Positions 33,491 to 43,473 of a stretch of 64,000 nucleotides of DNA are shown piece after piece. The DNA comes from an uncultured Candidatus Saccharibacteria bacterium (GTDB taxonomy: Bacteria > Patescibacteriota > Saccharimonadia > Saccharimonadales > JAGQNJ01). Both the position numbers and the translations under genes were made by a program. The first letter of the stretch is position 1. Every line of letters begins with the position of its first letter. The stretch covers positions 128,701 through 192,700 of the forward strand of contig CAZBGZ010000001.1 in assembly GCA_964491925.1 (NCBI GenBank), in the 5' to 3' direction. The notes under the pieces are model-generated. The model was not told where the DNA came from. It did not search any database and was given only the letters and a program-made list of their open reading frames with translations.

Positions 33491-34834
33491 ATGAAAGAAA
33501 TATTCAAAGCATACGATATACGCGGAAAAGTTAATACAGAGCTAACACCCGCGTTAGTGAAAAAAATTGGCAAAGTATTTGCTAATTGGCTACCGACTGA
33601 CGGCCCTGTAGTCGTCGGGCATGACATGCGTGCTGATTCTAGAAAACTAGCAGACGAGTTAATCGAAGGTATAACAAGCCAGGGACGCGACGTATGGGAC
33701 ATCGGGCTAGCTACTAGTGACATGGTTTATTTTTCACCAGGTAAGTACGGCGTGGCAGGCGGGGCTATGGTTACGGCTAGCCATAATACTGGGGAATATA
33801 ATGGTATTAAAGTTTGCCGAGAAAGAGCCTTACCAGTTGGGCTAGAATCAGGCCTGGACGAAATCCGCGACCGCGTCCTGGAAGATAGTGGGCCCGAGGA
33901 ACCAAATGTAAAAGTTGGCAAGATAGTAAAAAAAGATGTCATGGACGACTGGATACAGCAAGTTCTATCCTTCATAAACGTTGATAAATTAAAAAAGTTT
34001 CATATAGCCATCGATGCTGGGAATGGTATGTCAGGACTAACTGTTCCTCGTCTTGCGCCCCATTTACCGCTAACTATTGAGCAAATGTATTTCGACCTAG
34101 ATGGAACATTTCCTAACCACGAAGCCAACCCAATGAAGGTCGAAACTTTGAATGATATTTCCAAGCTTATCGTCAATAAAAAATTAGATTTTGGGATAGC
34201 TTTTGACGGTGACGCGGACAGAATGGCCTTAATCGACGAAAAAGGCGTTCCTTTGACCGGCAGTATGACCTGTGCCCTGCTTGCTCAGCATGTGCTGTTA
34301 AATAATCCTGGAGCCACAATCGTTCACGATTTAAGAATGAGTCGCTCAACCATAGAACTCATAAAATCACTTGGCGGTAAAACAGTTCGAACAAAAGTTG
34401 GTAATACTATAATTAAGCAATCTGCCCGCCAAAATAATGCAGCATTCGGTGGCGAAATCACTGGGCACTTTATGTTCCGTGATAATTATTTTGTTGATTC
34501 AGGTTTAGTGGCAGCAATGGTGGCTGTTCAGATACTATCCGAGGCAGATTTTACACTATCCGAGTTTGTTAATAAATATGATATATACCAGCACAAGCCA
34601 GAAGTTAACCTGCTAGTAGAGGATAAAGAAGCTGCCATGCAAAGAGTTGAGAAAGCTTTTGGTGATGGTGATATAGATTGGCTGGATGGCTTGTCGGTTG
34701 ACTATGAGGACCGCTGGTTCAACCTACGGCCCAGTAATACCGAATCAATCATGCGTTTGAACGGTGAAGCGAAAACTATAGAAAAACTTGACGAATTAAT
34801 AGCAAAAGTAACTTCGGTCGTAGAATCAAAATAA
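33491..34834 (+). CDS. Phosphohexomutase (phosphomannomutase/phosphoglucomutase/GlmM family)
   Basis: 447 aa with active-site loop TASHNTGEYNGIK, metal loop FDGDADR, and sugar loop GGEITGH. Confidence 0.85.
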   Translation: MKEIFKAYDIRGKVNTELTPALVKKIGKVFANWLPTDGPVVVGHDMRADSRKLADELIEGITSQGRDVWDIGLATSDMVYFSPGKYGVAGGAMVTASHNTGEYNGIKVCRERALPVGLESGLDEIRDRVLEDSGPEEPNVKVGKIVKKDVMDDWIQQVLSFINVDKLKKFHIAIDAGNGMSGLTVPRLAPHLPLTIEQMYFDLDGTFPNHEANPMKVETLNDISKLIVNKKLDFGIAFDGDADRMALIDEKGVPLTGSMTCALLAQHVLLNNPGATIVHDLRMSRSTIELIKSLGGKTVRTKVGNTIIKQSARQNNAAFGGEITGHFMFRDNYFVDSGLVAAMVAVQILSEADFTLSEFVNKYDIYQHKPEVNLLVEDKEAAMQRVEKAFGDGDIDWLDGLSVDYEDRWFNLRPSNTESIMRLNGEAKTIEKLDELIAKVTSVVESK

Positions 34835-34835
34835 C

Positions 34836-34844
34836 TGGTATAAT
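34836..34844 (+). promoter_or_regulatory. Extended -10 promoter (TGgTATAAT) for the rfbBCDA operon, leaderless geometry
   Basis: TATAAT is at 34839-34844, starting 5 nt after the upstream stop codon. The -10 end plus 7 gives 34851, and the ATG is at 34852. No Shine-Dalgarno sequence is present. Confidence 0.55.
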
Positions 34845-34851
34845 AAATCAG

Positions 34852-35871
34852 ATGAAGAATATTTTAGTTACAGGAGGCGCAGGGTTTATTGGGTCGAACT
34901 TTGTTCATTATATCGCCAAAAAATATCCAGACTATAAAATTACTGTCGTCGATTCCCTGACCTATTCTGGGGATAAAAATCGCATTTCTAGTTTAGGTGA
35001 TAGGGTAACTTTTTATCAGGTAGATATTAGTGATTTTGATGCCATCGATAATTTGATGGCTGGGATTGACTGGGTCGTTCACTTTGCTGCCGAAACTCAC
35101 GTAGATCGATCTATCGCCGACCCAGGGCCATTCTTGAAAAGTAACATTATGGGCACTGATGTTATGGCCCGCGTCGCAATGAAACACAACGTAAAAAGGT
35201 TCCATCATGTATCGACAGACGAAGTATTTGGGTCTTTAGAGCTTGGTAGTAGCGTTCGTTTTAACGAGCAAACGCCCTACAGCCCACGCAGCCCTTATGC
35301 TGCATCAAAAGCATCGAGTGATCATATCGTACGAGCCTACGGCGAAAGCTATGGACTACCCTTCACTATTACAAATTGCTCTAATAATTACGGCCCGTGG
35401 GACTCACCCGGACGAGTAATCCCTGTTTTCATTATGAACGCTATTGAGGACAAACCCCTGCCAATCTATGGCAACGGTAAGGCGGTACGTGACTACCTAT
35501 TCGTTGAAGACCACTGCGTAGCAATAGACTTGGCACTACACGAAGGCAAAGTTGGTGAAACATATTGTGTTGGTGGTGCTGCTCAAAAAAATGGTGTCGA
35601 AGTGGCAGAAGCTATTTTGGAAGCACTAGGTAAACCAAAAGATCTGATAGAATTTGTTGCGGATCGCCCCGGCCATGATATGCGTTATGACATTGACCCA
35701 ACCTACATAGAGAAAACATTGGGCTGGGAGCAAAGTGTTTCGTTCCAAGAAGGAATAGAGAGAACCGTAAATTGGTACAAGGAAAATCTGGATTGGCTGA
35801 AAGAATACAGCCAAAGACTGGATTTGATGCGTGATAGTGAAATGTATAAAACAAAAGAGAAAAAACAATAA
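34852..35871 (+). CDS. rfbB: dTDP-glucose 4,6-dehydratase
   Basis: 339 aa with GGAGFIGSNF, catalytic YSASK-type (YAASKASSD) motif, and high family resemblance. Confidence 0.95.
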   Translation: MKNILVTGGAGFIGSNFVHYIAKKYPDYKITVVDSLTYSGDKNRISSLGDRVTFYQVDISDFDAIDNLMAGIDWVVHFAAETHVDRSIADPGPFLKSNIMGTDVMARVAMKHNVKRFHHVSTDEVFGSLELGSSVRFNEQTPYSPRSPYAASKASSDHIVRAYGESYGLPFTITNCSNNYGPWDSPGRVIPVFIMNAIEDKPLPIYGNGKAVRDYLFVEDHCVAIDLALHEGKVGETYCVGGAAQKNGVEVAEAILEALGKPKDLIEFVADRPGHDMRYDIDPTYIEKTLGWEQSVSFQEGIERTVNWYKENLDWLKEYSQRLDLMRDSEMYKTKEKKQ

Positions 35872-35872
35872 T

Positions 35873-36448
35873 ATGGCTTCTTCAACAACAGAATTTACTG
35901 CACATAAAACCGATATCCCAGGTCTAATTTTTTTTGATGTAACTAGCATGAGCGACGAACGTGGATATTTTCAGGAAAAATTTCAGAAGGCCAAACTAGT
36001 TGCCGCTGGGTTGCCAGAAGATTTTAATATCGTTCAAAACAGCTTATCTTTCAACAAGCAAAAAGGCGTAGTGCGTGGTTTTCACGCAGAACCCTGGGAC
36101 AAATACATTACCGTCATTACAGGAAAAGTTTTTGCAGCGTATGTTGACCTGCGCGAAGGACCAAATTTTGGCAAAGTTGCAACAATTGAGATTACGCCCA
36201 ATGTGGCTGTTTTCTTGCCGGAAGGCGTAGCAAACTCATTCCAAACTCTCGAGGACGAAACATATTACTTGTACAGCGTAAACAAACACTGGAGCGCTGA
36301 TGATTATGACAAATACATGTTCGTAAACCTGAGCGACCCAGATTTAAACGTGCAATGGCCTATCGCACTTTCAGACTCTGTTATGTCTGATCGTGATAAA
36401 AAACACCCGCCACTAAAAGATGTAATCCCCATGAAAGTTGGCAACTAA
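35873..36448 (+). CDS. rfbC: dTDP-4-dehydrorhamnose 3,5-epimerase
   Basis: I placed the start at the ATG at 35873 (MASSTTEF...). RmlC motifs are DERGYF and RGFHAEPWDK. The track's GTG start at 35831 lies inside rfbB. Confidence 0.9.
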   Translation: MASSTTEFTAHKTDIPGLIFFDVTSMSDERGYFQEKFQKAKLVAAGLPEDFNIVQNSLSFNKQKGVVRGFHAEPWDKYITVITGKVFAAYVDLREGPNFGKVATIEITPNVAVFLPEGVANSFQTLEDETYYLYSVNKHWSADDYDKYMFVNLSDPDLNVQWPIALSDSVMSDRDKKHPPLKDVIPMKVGN

Positions 36449-37305
36449 TGGACCAATCAAAAATACTAATTATTGGCGCAAACGGACAGCTAGGTTTAGC
36501 CCTAAAAGCACGATATCCTGAAGCACAAACAGTTGATATCGACGAACTTGATATAACTGACAAAAAATCCGTAGAAGCGTACGACTGGTCAAAAGTTGAC
36601 ATCATTCTAAACGCAGCAGCCTACACTAACGTTGACGGCGCCGAGACTGCAGAGGGTCGCGTAGCTGCCTGGAAAGTAAATGCTACTGCTGTTAAAAACC
36701 TAACATATGCCGTTTGGCAGCATAAACTTTCGGCAGTAGTACACATATCGACTGATTTTGTTTTTGATGGTACACAAAAAGAACACACTGAAGATGAACC
36801 ATTTTCCCCGCTAAGCGTTTATGGAGACAGCAAAGCGGCTGGAGATTTACTGGTATCTCAAGTAGACAAACATTATATCTTGAGAACCAGCTGGGTAATT
36901 GGTGACGGCAAAAACTTTGTGCGTATCATGCTAGGTCTCGGTCAGAAACTTAATGAGCTAGGTGTTATAGATGATCACCTAGGTAGGCCAACTTTTACAT
37001 CAGAGTTAGTTCGTGCAATCGACCACTTACTAGCAAATAAAGCACCTTTTGGTACTTATAATATAAGTAATAGCGGGGACCCTGTGAGTTGGGCTGGATG
37101 GACTCGTCAGATTTTTGCCGAAGCTGGCTATAACTGCAAGGTTAATAATATAACTAATGAGCAGTACTATAGCGACAAGCCTGGCTCTGCCCCACGACCA
37201 CTTAGCAGTACTCTGTCACTAGAAAAAATTCAGGCAACAGGATTTAAGAGTCGTGATTGGAAAGACGATCTAAAAGACTACATAAAAAAGGAGTTAGCAA
37301 AATGA
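36448..37305 (+). CDS. rfbD: dTDP-4-dehydrorhamnose reductase
   Basis: 285 aa with GANGQLG, the YGDSK catalytic motif, and a TAATG overlap with rfbC. Confidence 0.9.
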   Translation: MDQSKILIIGANGQLGLALKARYPEAQTVDIDELDITDKKSVEAYDWSKVDIILNAAAYTNVDGAETAEGRVAAWKVNATAVKNLTYAVWQHKLSAVVHISTDFVFDGTQKEHTEDEPFSPLSVYGDSKAAGDLLVSQVDKHYILRTSWVIGDGKNFVRIMLGLGQKLNELGVIDDHLGRPTFTSELVRAIDHLLANKAPFGTYNISNSGDPVSWAGWTRQIFAEAGYNCKVNNITNEQYYSDKPGSAPRPLSSTLSLEKIQATGFKSRDWKDDLKDYIKKELAK

Positions 37306-38159
37306 AAGGCATTATTCTAGCCGGCGGTTCAGGCACCAGACTATACCCCATAACTAAAGGCATCTCAAAGCAGCTTATTCCAATTTATGACAAGCCAATG
37401 ATCTACTACCCCCTTTCCACCCTGATTAGCGCAGGGATAAAAGACATTCTTATCATTACCACACCACACGACCAAGCTCAGTTTAAAAATCTTCTGGGCG
37501 ATGGTTCCGAGATTGGCATAAACATCGAATATGCGGTTCAGCCCAGTCCTGACGGCTTGGCACAGGCGTTTGTTATCGGCGAAGAGTTTATTGGTTCAGA
37601 CAAAGTGGCACTTGTTTTAGGCGATAATATTTTCTACGGCACGCAAATGGGAGACAAACTGTCTAAATATACCGACGTCGATGGGGCGGTTGGTTTTGCA
37701 GCCCAGGTTGCAGAGCCAAAAAGATACGGTGTTTATGAATTCGACAAGAATATGAATGCAATATCTATTGAAGAAAAACCCGAAAATCCAAAATCTAACT
37801 ATGCAAATGCAGGCCTATATTTCTTTGATAATGACGTAGTAGAGATAGCTAAAAACGTCAAGCCTAGCGCCCGTGGCGAAGTAGAAATAACCTCCGTACT
37901 TGATGCCTATTTGCAGCGGGGCAAACTGAAAGTCAGTCTCCTTGACCGTGGTACTGCCTGGTTAGATACTGGTACATTTGAGAGCATGAATCAAGCGGCT
38001 CAGTTCGTCCAAGTTATCGAAGAACGCCAGGGATTAAAAATCGGCTGTATCGAGGAAATTGCTTTTCAACAAGGCTTTATCAACGCAGAGCAGTTGGCAA
38101 AACTCGCTGAACCACTGCAAAAAAGTGGTTACGGTAAGTATCTAAAAAACTTGATCTAG
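37302..38159 (+). CDS. rfbA: Glucose-1-phosphate thymidylyltransferase
   Basis: I placed the start at [18 protein letters not shown] (ATGA overlap with rfbD). The RmlA family signature is present throughout. Confidence 0.95.
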   Translation: MKGIILAGGSGTRLYPITKGISKQLIPIYDKPMIYYPLSTLISAGIKDILIITTPHDQAQFKNLLGDGSEIGINIEYAVQPSPDGLAQAFVIGEEFIGSDKVALVLGDNIFYGTQMGDKLSKYTDVDGAVGFAAQVAEPKRYGVYEFDKNMNAISIEEKPENPKSNYANAGLYFFDNDVVEIAKNVKPSARGEVEITSVLDAYLQRGKLKVSLLDRGTAWLDTGTFESMNQAAQFVQVIEERQGLKIGCIEEIAFQQGFINAEQLAKLAEPLQKSGYGKYLKNLI

Positions 38160-39661
38160 TTAATTATTATTCGTTTCAAAATATCTTGGGTGTTTTGATT
38201 TATTAGAATTACTGTACGGTCTTGCCAGTACCAGTCGCTGTCAGACCGTATCAAATATCCTAAAATACCCCCACCTTGTAGATACAATAAAAGTACCACG
38301 AAAGCTAGCGAAACTTTTAACTGCCTGTCATTAATAGCATAGTTGAAGGCCGCTGCAATCAACGTAAAAATCAATATCAATAATGGGTATGTGTATCTGG
38401 CTTGAATCGCTTGCGCCGCTCCTATCGATCGGTAGCTCATGTAGTTAAACGCAAATAAAATCAGTAAATATGAACCACACAAAATAATAGAATAACGTAG
38501 ATAACTAGAGCCCCAAATTTTTTTGAATTCTAATATTAATAGCGCGAATCCAGAAACAAAAATCACGACTGCAAGGCTAATAGGAATAGGCAGTATTGGC
38601 CGGAGAACTATTGGCCCAAATGGCTCTGCCAAACTAATTACCTTTGTTGGTGTATGGCTAAATATTGCGAAGTATCCCCTAGCCATTTTTGACACCCAAT
38701 GTTGACCATAGCTAGCAGGGTTACCATACAATAGGTCTGATGGTTTGTTGGTCTCGTTATTTTTGTTTCTTTGCCATGGCATGTAGTGACTACAAACTTC
38801 TTCTGTCTGGACTTGGGCGCAATCCGGCTCAACGGTCTGATACCTGGCAAAGTTTATGCCAGTACGTTCTACAAATAGAACAGATATTACAACAAACAAC
38901 AATAGCGTAAAAACTAGACCCACTCCTTTCCGCGTATTCTTCCAAGAACTTTTGAGCACACTCAGGATTTTAGTACCATGTCGTTTTCCTAGCACAATGA
39001 ATGTATATATAAATGTCACTGCGAATATTGGCAGAAAATATACTTTTACTAAACTAGCGGCCATCCCAAGTGTTACCAAACAAACTAGGTTTATTGCCAA
39101 TTGCTGAGAGTTTTTAATTAGTCTTGTTGCAAACATAAATAACAGCGGCGCCAAAACAAGTATTAGGTTGTCGTAGTTGATATGAGCAGCCAGAAACGGA
39201 ACAATCGGCGTCAAGACGAAAAGCATAAGAACGAAATGCACCAGTCTTTTGGGTAGCCCCCAATTAATCAATAGTCGACGAAAAAGCACCAGAGCCAGAC
39301 ACACCATGGCCACATTAATGATGCGCAAGGATATGATTATAAAAGCTTGGTCGTTTGAAAATAGGTTCAGAAGCCTGTAAGGAAAACTAAAAATGTAATG
39401 GTACAAATAAGATGGCTGCCTGGTAACATCGCCTAGGATACTAGCATCTGGCATCTGGCTAGTAATGATTGGTGACCATTGGCTAGCGTAGATTTTTATT
39501 ATCCCTAGGTGAAAATACTCGTCAAACGGCAAAGGGTATATAGCCGTGAAGGTTATCCATAATGATTGGGATAATAATGCAAGTATTGTTGCTATAAAAA
39601 ACCATCCACTAGCCAAGGCTGAACTCAGCCAATTTATAAAGTGTATGATTAGTCTTTTCAT
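38156..39661 (-). CDS. Polytopic GT-C-like membrane protein, family A copy 1 (DUF2142-like; putative polyprenyl-P-sugar-dependent glycosyltransferase)
   Basis: 501 aa with more than 10 TM segments. The first external loop carries PFDEYFHLG, followed by [11 protein letters not shown] Cys pair lies in a large loop ([13 protein letters not shown]). It is a paralog of 54330..55730. Confidence 0.6.
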   Translation of the reverse strand: MKRLIIHFINWLSSALASGWFFIATILALLSQSLWITFTAIYPLPFDEYFHLGIIKIYASQWSPIITSQMPDASILGDVTRQPSYLYHYIFSFPYRLLNLFSNDQAFIIISLRIINVAMVCLALVLFRRLLINWGLPKRLVHFVLMLFVLTPIVPFLAAHINYDNLILVLAPLLFMFATRLIKNSQQLAINLVCLVTLGMAASLVKVYFLPIFAVTFIYTFIVLGKRHGTKILSVLKSSWKNTRKGVGLVFTLLLFVVISVLFVERTGINFARYQTVEPDCAQVQTEEVCSHYMPWQRNKNNETNKPSDLLYGNPASYGQHWVSKMARGYFAIFSHTPTKVISLAEPFGPIVLRPILPIPISLAVVIFVSGFALLILEFKKIWGSSYLRYSIILCGSYLLILFAFNYMSYRSIGAAQAIQARYTYPLLILIFTLIAAAFNYAINDRQLKVSLAFVVLLLYLQGGGILGYLIRSDSDWYWQDRTVILINQNTQDILKRIIIN

Positions 39662-39700
39662 TGGTCGTTATTATTATATAGAAAAAGTCTGTTTTCGCGT

Positions 39701-39706
39701 TATAAT
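39701..39706 (+). promoter_or_regulatory. TATAAT -10 hexamer upstream of the first nucleotide-sugar dehydrogenase
   Basis: This is a perfect TATAAT. The predicted TSS is about 39713 and the ATG is at 39718, giving a ~5-nt leader without a Shine-Dalgarno sequence. Confidence 0.4.
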
Positions 39707-39717
39707 GGCCTCTATAC

Positions 39718-41067
39718 ATGGAGAAAAAAGTTAAAAAAATAGCCATTATAGGTAGCGGGTACGTCGGCACAACAACTGCGGCGCTATTAGCCCATGCTGG
39801 GTATAGTGTGGTGGCACTAGACATAGACCAAAAAAAAGTCGATATTCTCAACTCTGGCAAATCACCGTTTTATGAAACCGGCCTGGACGAACTCATTACA
39901 GCAGGGCTAGCTAATGGGACTCTATTGGCTACCACTGATTATAAAGAAGCTATAGCAGATGCTGATATCGTTATATCTTGCGTAGGAACACCGGATAACG
40001 CCGATGGAAGTTCTAACCTCGAATACGTATTTTCAGCCGCAAAATCAGCAAGCCAGCACATGAAGCAACATGCTATTTACGTCCAAAAAAGTACTGTGCC
40101 AGTCGGTACGGGTAGACAAGCTATAACTTTGTTACCCAGCAACGCTTACGTATCAAACCCAGAATTCTTGCGCGAAGGAACGGCTGTCTACGACACACTA
40201 CTGTACGATCGGATTGTAGTCGGCGGGGATGATAGTAAAGCACTAGAAAGTGTCCAAGATCTATACAAAAATATAGAACGAAACGCTGAGAAAATATCTA
40301 AAATCTGTGGTGGTATTGGTAAAAATGAAATTAAAAATCATAGCGGGCAGTATATTAAAACAACCTTAGAAAGCGCCGAACTAATAAAAGTTACTAGCAA
40401 CGCCTTTCTTGCACTAAAAATTTCTTTTGCTAACTCTATAGCAAAACTCTGCGATGAAACGAATGGTGATGTTAACGATGTAATGGATGCTATTGGGGCC
40501 GATAAAAGAATAGGGCGAGCGTTTTTAAATGCTGGCCGTGGATACGGTGGGGGTTGTTTCCCCAAAGATGTTAGCGGACTGATAAGTAGCGCCAAAAAAC
40601 ACGGGGTTGATATGCCCATAATGGATGCTGTTGTGCAGGTGAATGATTCAATGCCCGGTTACATAATCGAAAAAACTAAGAAAAAAATCGGTACATTAGA
40701 CAATAAAAAAGTTGCTGTTTTGGGCTTGTCCTTCAAGGCTGGCACCAGTGATACACGTAAATCACGGGCTATACTACTGGCAAATACTTTGTGTGGTAGT
40801 GGTTGCAAAGTCTCTACTTTCGACCCTGCAGCAAACGAAGAAGCCAAAGAACATCTGAAACCTGAGGTGATAATTTGCAATTCAGCAGACGAAGCATTGT
40901 TTGGAGCAGAAATAGTTTTCATCGCAACAGAGTGGCCAGAATTTAAAAATATTAGCAATTGGTTGCCCGGGGCAAAAGACATCAAAGTTGTAGTCGATTG
41001 TATGAACTTGATTGACGAACACAAAATTAATAACCCTAGAATTACCTACCTCGGGGTTGGACGCTAG
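39718..41067 (+). CDS. UDP-glucose/GDP-mannose dehydrogenase family protein (UDP-glucose 6-dehydrogenase-like)
   Basis: 449 aa with Rossmann motif IAIIGSGYVGTTTA and catalytic Cys motif GGGCFPKD. Confidence 0.85.
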   Translation: MEKKVKKIAIIGSGYVGTTTAALLAHAGYSVVALDIDQKKVDILNSGKSPFYETGLDELITAGLANGTLLATTDYKEAIADADIVISCVGTPDNADGSSNLEYVFSAAKSASQHMKQHAIYVQKSTVPVGTGRQAITLLPSNAYVSNPEFLREGTAVYDTLLYDRIVVGGDDSKALESVQDLYKNIERNAEKISKICGGIGKNEIKNHSGQYIKTTLESAELIKVTSNAFLALKISFANSIAKLCDETNGDVNDVMDAIGADKRIGRAFLNAGRGYGGGCFPKDVSGLISSAKKHGVDMPIMDAVVQVNDSMPGYIIEKTKKKIGTLDNKKVAVLGLSFKAGTSDTRKSRAILLANTLCGSGCKVSTFDPAANEEAKEHLKPEVIICNSADEALFGAEIVFIATEWPEFKNISNWLPGAKDIKVVVDCMNLIDEHKINNPRITYLGVGR

Positions 41068-41080
41068 AAAATAAATTAGC

Positions 41081-42106
41081 ATGATAAACAGCAGGATTAA
41101 TGTTTCGATATTTGGCATCGGTAATTTTGGATATGCGGTGTTGAATCACTTGGCAGAGAAAAAACAGACTGGCCTAAAACTCACAGCATACGATATTGAT
41201 AAAAAAGTGGTCGAAAGACTCACTAGTCAACGCAGCCACCCTTATTTACACCTCAAAAATAAAATCGACCCGCATGTAAAGATAGTAGATTCTGTCGAAC
41301 AATTAGTAAAAAATTGTGACATTCTGATACTGGCTGTTTCCTCAAATGTAACACGGGAAGTTATAGAATCAATAAAACCACATCTAGACAGCCCAATCAT
41401 AATTGTCAACACAGCAAAAGCACTAGACTACAAAACAGGGAAAAGATTGTCCCAAATAATTAATACAGGAATGTCTGATATTAAATATGAGTACGCACTA
41501 CTGGCCGGAGGAACGATAGCAGAAGATTTGTTTCGTGGTGAGCCCCTAGGTGTAGATATTGCGTCCAATGATAGTTCAATCCTCCCCGGACTCGTCTCAC
41601 TTTTTGAATCTGCAAACTTAAAAGCCTACCCAACTACTGATTTGGTAGGAACTGAATACGCAGCTGCTTTTAAAAATGTGGTATCCATTATTGCTGGGCT
41701 AACAAAAGGATTAGGATTTTCATACGGTTCAGAAACACACATAATTTCTATAACAGCCCAACAAATAGCTGATGCTTGTGTAAAAAAGCTAGGAGCGAAA
41801 CAGGAAACTTTTTTTGTTGGCCGTCAGGTATGGGGCAATGATTTATGGATGAGTTGCACCGGCAACACTCGCAATCGAGAGTTCGGTATCAATGTAGGTA
41901 AACTAATGTCCGTAGAAAAAGCCGTTGAAAATATGTCTGCATCCAACAAAACAGTCGAGGGGATCAACACACTTAAAACCTTAAATAGAATAGAAGGCAT
42001 AAAGGATATCCCTATCATATCTCTACTTTATTCATTAATAATTGATAGATCGGAAGATGTACAGACTTTTAAATCTCACCTGCTTGGAGTAATGGATAAA
42101 ACCTAA
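41081..42106 (+). CDS. NAD(P)-dependent glycerol-3-phosphate dehydrogenase-like protein (divergent GpsA family)
   Basis: 341 aa, alignable by eye with E. coli GpsA: ISIFGIGNFGYA; LAGGTIAEDL vs SGPTFAKEL; AAFKNVVSIIAGL vs GAVKNVIAIGAGM; CTGNTRNREFG vs CTDNQSRNRRFG; TVEG. Confidence 0.65.
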   Translation: MINSRINVSIFGIGNFGYAVLNHLAEKKQTGLKLTAYDIDKKVVERLTSQRSHPYLHLKNKIDPHVKIVDSVEQLVKNCDILILAVSSNVTREVIESIKPHLDSPIIIVNTAKALDYKTGKRLSQIINTGMSDIKYEYALLAGGTIAEDLFRGEPLGVDIASNDSSILPGLVSLFESANLKAYPTTDLVGTEYAAAFKNVVSIIAGLTKGLGFSYGSETHIISITAQQIADACVKKLGAKQETFFVGRQVWGNDLWMSCTGNTRNREFGINVGKLMSVEKAVENMSASNKTVEGINTLKTLNRIEGIKDIPIISLLYSLIIDRSEDVQTFKSHLLGVMDKT

Positions 42107-42151
42107 TATCAGCTAGCAGTTTTGTGTCAGTATCTATTATTTGACTTAATC

Positions 42152-42181
42152 TTGCTGAGAAATTTAGAACTGGGTTACAAT
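42152..42181 (+). promoter_or_regulatory. Promoter TTGCTG-18-TACAAT upstream of the second dehydrogenase
   Basis: The -10 is at 42176-42181. The predicted TSS is about 42188 and the ATG is at 42190, so the transcript is essentially leaderless. Confidence 0.4.
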
Positions 42182-42189
42182 GTAACTAG

Positions 42190-43449
42190 ATGGAAAAAGT
42201 TACAATTATCGGGCTAGGTTATGTTGGCCTTCCCCTAGCCTTATTGGTATCGGGAAAAGGGTACGAGGTTACTGGTATAGACCTAGACTCGGATAAAGTC
42301 GAGACAATCAACAACCACAAAGACCCGCTTAATGACGACTATATCGCTAGCCGCATAAAAGGGACAAAACTAATCGCATCAAGCAACTTTGATAGCTTAA
42401 AAGATAGTGATGTAATCATCGTTTGTGTCCCCACACCAGTAAAAAACGACTTCGAACCAGACCTAGGCCCAGTTAAAAGGTCCGTCGCCTCGATAGCAAA
42501 GAATCTCAAAAAAGGCACTCTAATAGTAATCGAGTCTACTATTAATCCTGGCGTTTGTGATGAAATTGTAATTCCACTAATAGAAGAAAATTCTGGCTTA
42601 AAAGTAAATGTAGATTTTGAAGTATCGCACTGTCCCGAACGAATTAATCCTGGCGACAAAAAATGGAATGTGTCCAACATCCCGCGCGTCGTTGGTAGTA
42701 GTAGTGACGCAGGCTGTAAAAGAACAGTAAAATTTTACGAATCAATTATTGACGCAGTAATAAAGCCAATGGGTTCTATAAAAGAAGCAGAGGCCTGCAA
42801 AGTTGTTGAGAACTCATTTAGGGACGTCAACATAGCTTTTGTTAATGAGCTGGCTATGTCTTTCACAAAACTTGGAATTAACGTAAAAAACGTCATAGAT
42901 GGTGCGGCAACAAAACCGTTTGCCTTTATGCCTCACTATCCCAGTATTGGCGTTGGTGGACACTGCATACCCGTTGACCCTTATTATCTAATCGAGTACG
43001 CTCGCGGATATGGTTTCGAACACGAGTTTCTCTCTCTAGCAAGGTCAATTAATAATCACATGCCAGAGTTTACAGTTGAACAGTTAATGGATGGCTTAAA
43101 TGATTTTCAAATGAGCCTGAGTGGGGCAAAAATAACCGTTCTAGGTCTATCGTACAAAGCAAACGTTGCTGATGACCGCGAGAGTCCATCCTACAAAGTA
43201 ATAAAACTACTCGAAGAAAAAGGCGCGAGCGTAGAATCTTACGATCCATACTTCATTGATAAATCTACAAAGAAGAACATAGAATCAGCCCTTCAGAATG
43301 CTGACGCAGTCATTGTAGCAACCAACCACCGAGAGTTTTTGGAAATGGATCCAAAGAATCTGAAAGTAAAGGTTTTCATAGACGGCAAAAACGCTTTTGA
43401 TAAAAAATCATTCCCGGAATCAGTAGTCTACAAAGGAATTGGCGTTTAG
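42190..43449 (+). CDS. Nucleotide-sugar dehydrogenase (UDP-N-acetyl-hexosamine 6-dehydrogenase / WecC-WbpA-like)
   Basis: 419 aa with VTIIGLGYVGLPLA and catalytic GVGGHCIPVDP. Confidence 0.85.
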   Translation: MEKVTIIGLGYVGLPLALLVSGKGYEVTGIDLDSDKVETINNHKDPLNDDYIASRIKGTKLIASSNFDSLKDSDVIIVCVPTPVKNDFEPDLGPVKRSVASIAKNLKKGTLIVIESTINPGVCDEIVIPLIEENSGLKVNVDFEVSHCPERINPGDKKWNVSNIPRVVGSSSDAGCKRTVKFYESIIDAVIKPMGSIKEAEACKVVENSFRDVNIAFVNELAMSFTKLGINVKNVIDGAATKPFAFMPHYPSIGVGGHCIPVDPYYLIEYARGYGFEHEFLSLARSINNHMPEFTVEQLMDGLNDFQMSLSGAKITVLGLSYKANVADDRESPSYKVIKLLEEKGASVESYDPYFIDKSTKKNIESALQNADAVIVATNHREFLEMDPKNLKVKVFIDGKNAFDKKSFPESVVYKGIGV

Positions 43450-43473
43450 CTAGTTAGGTTGTTATTGCAAGCT

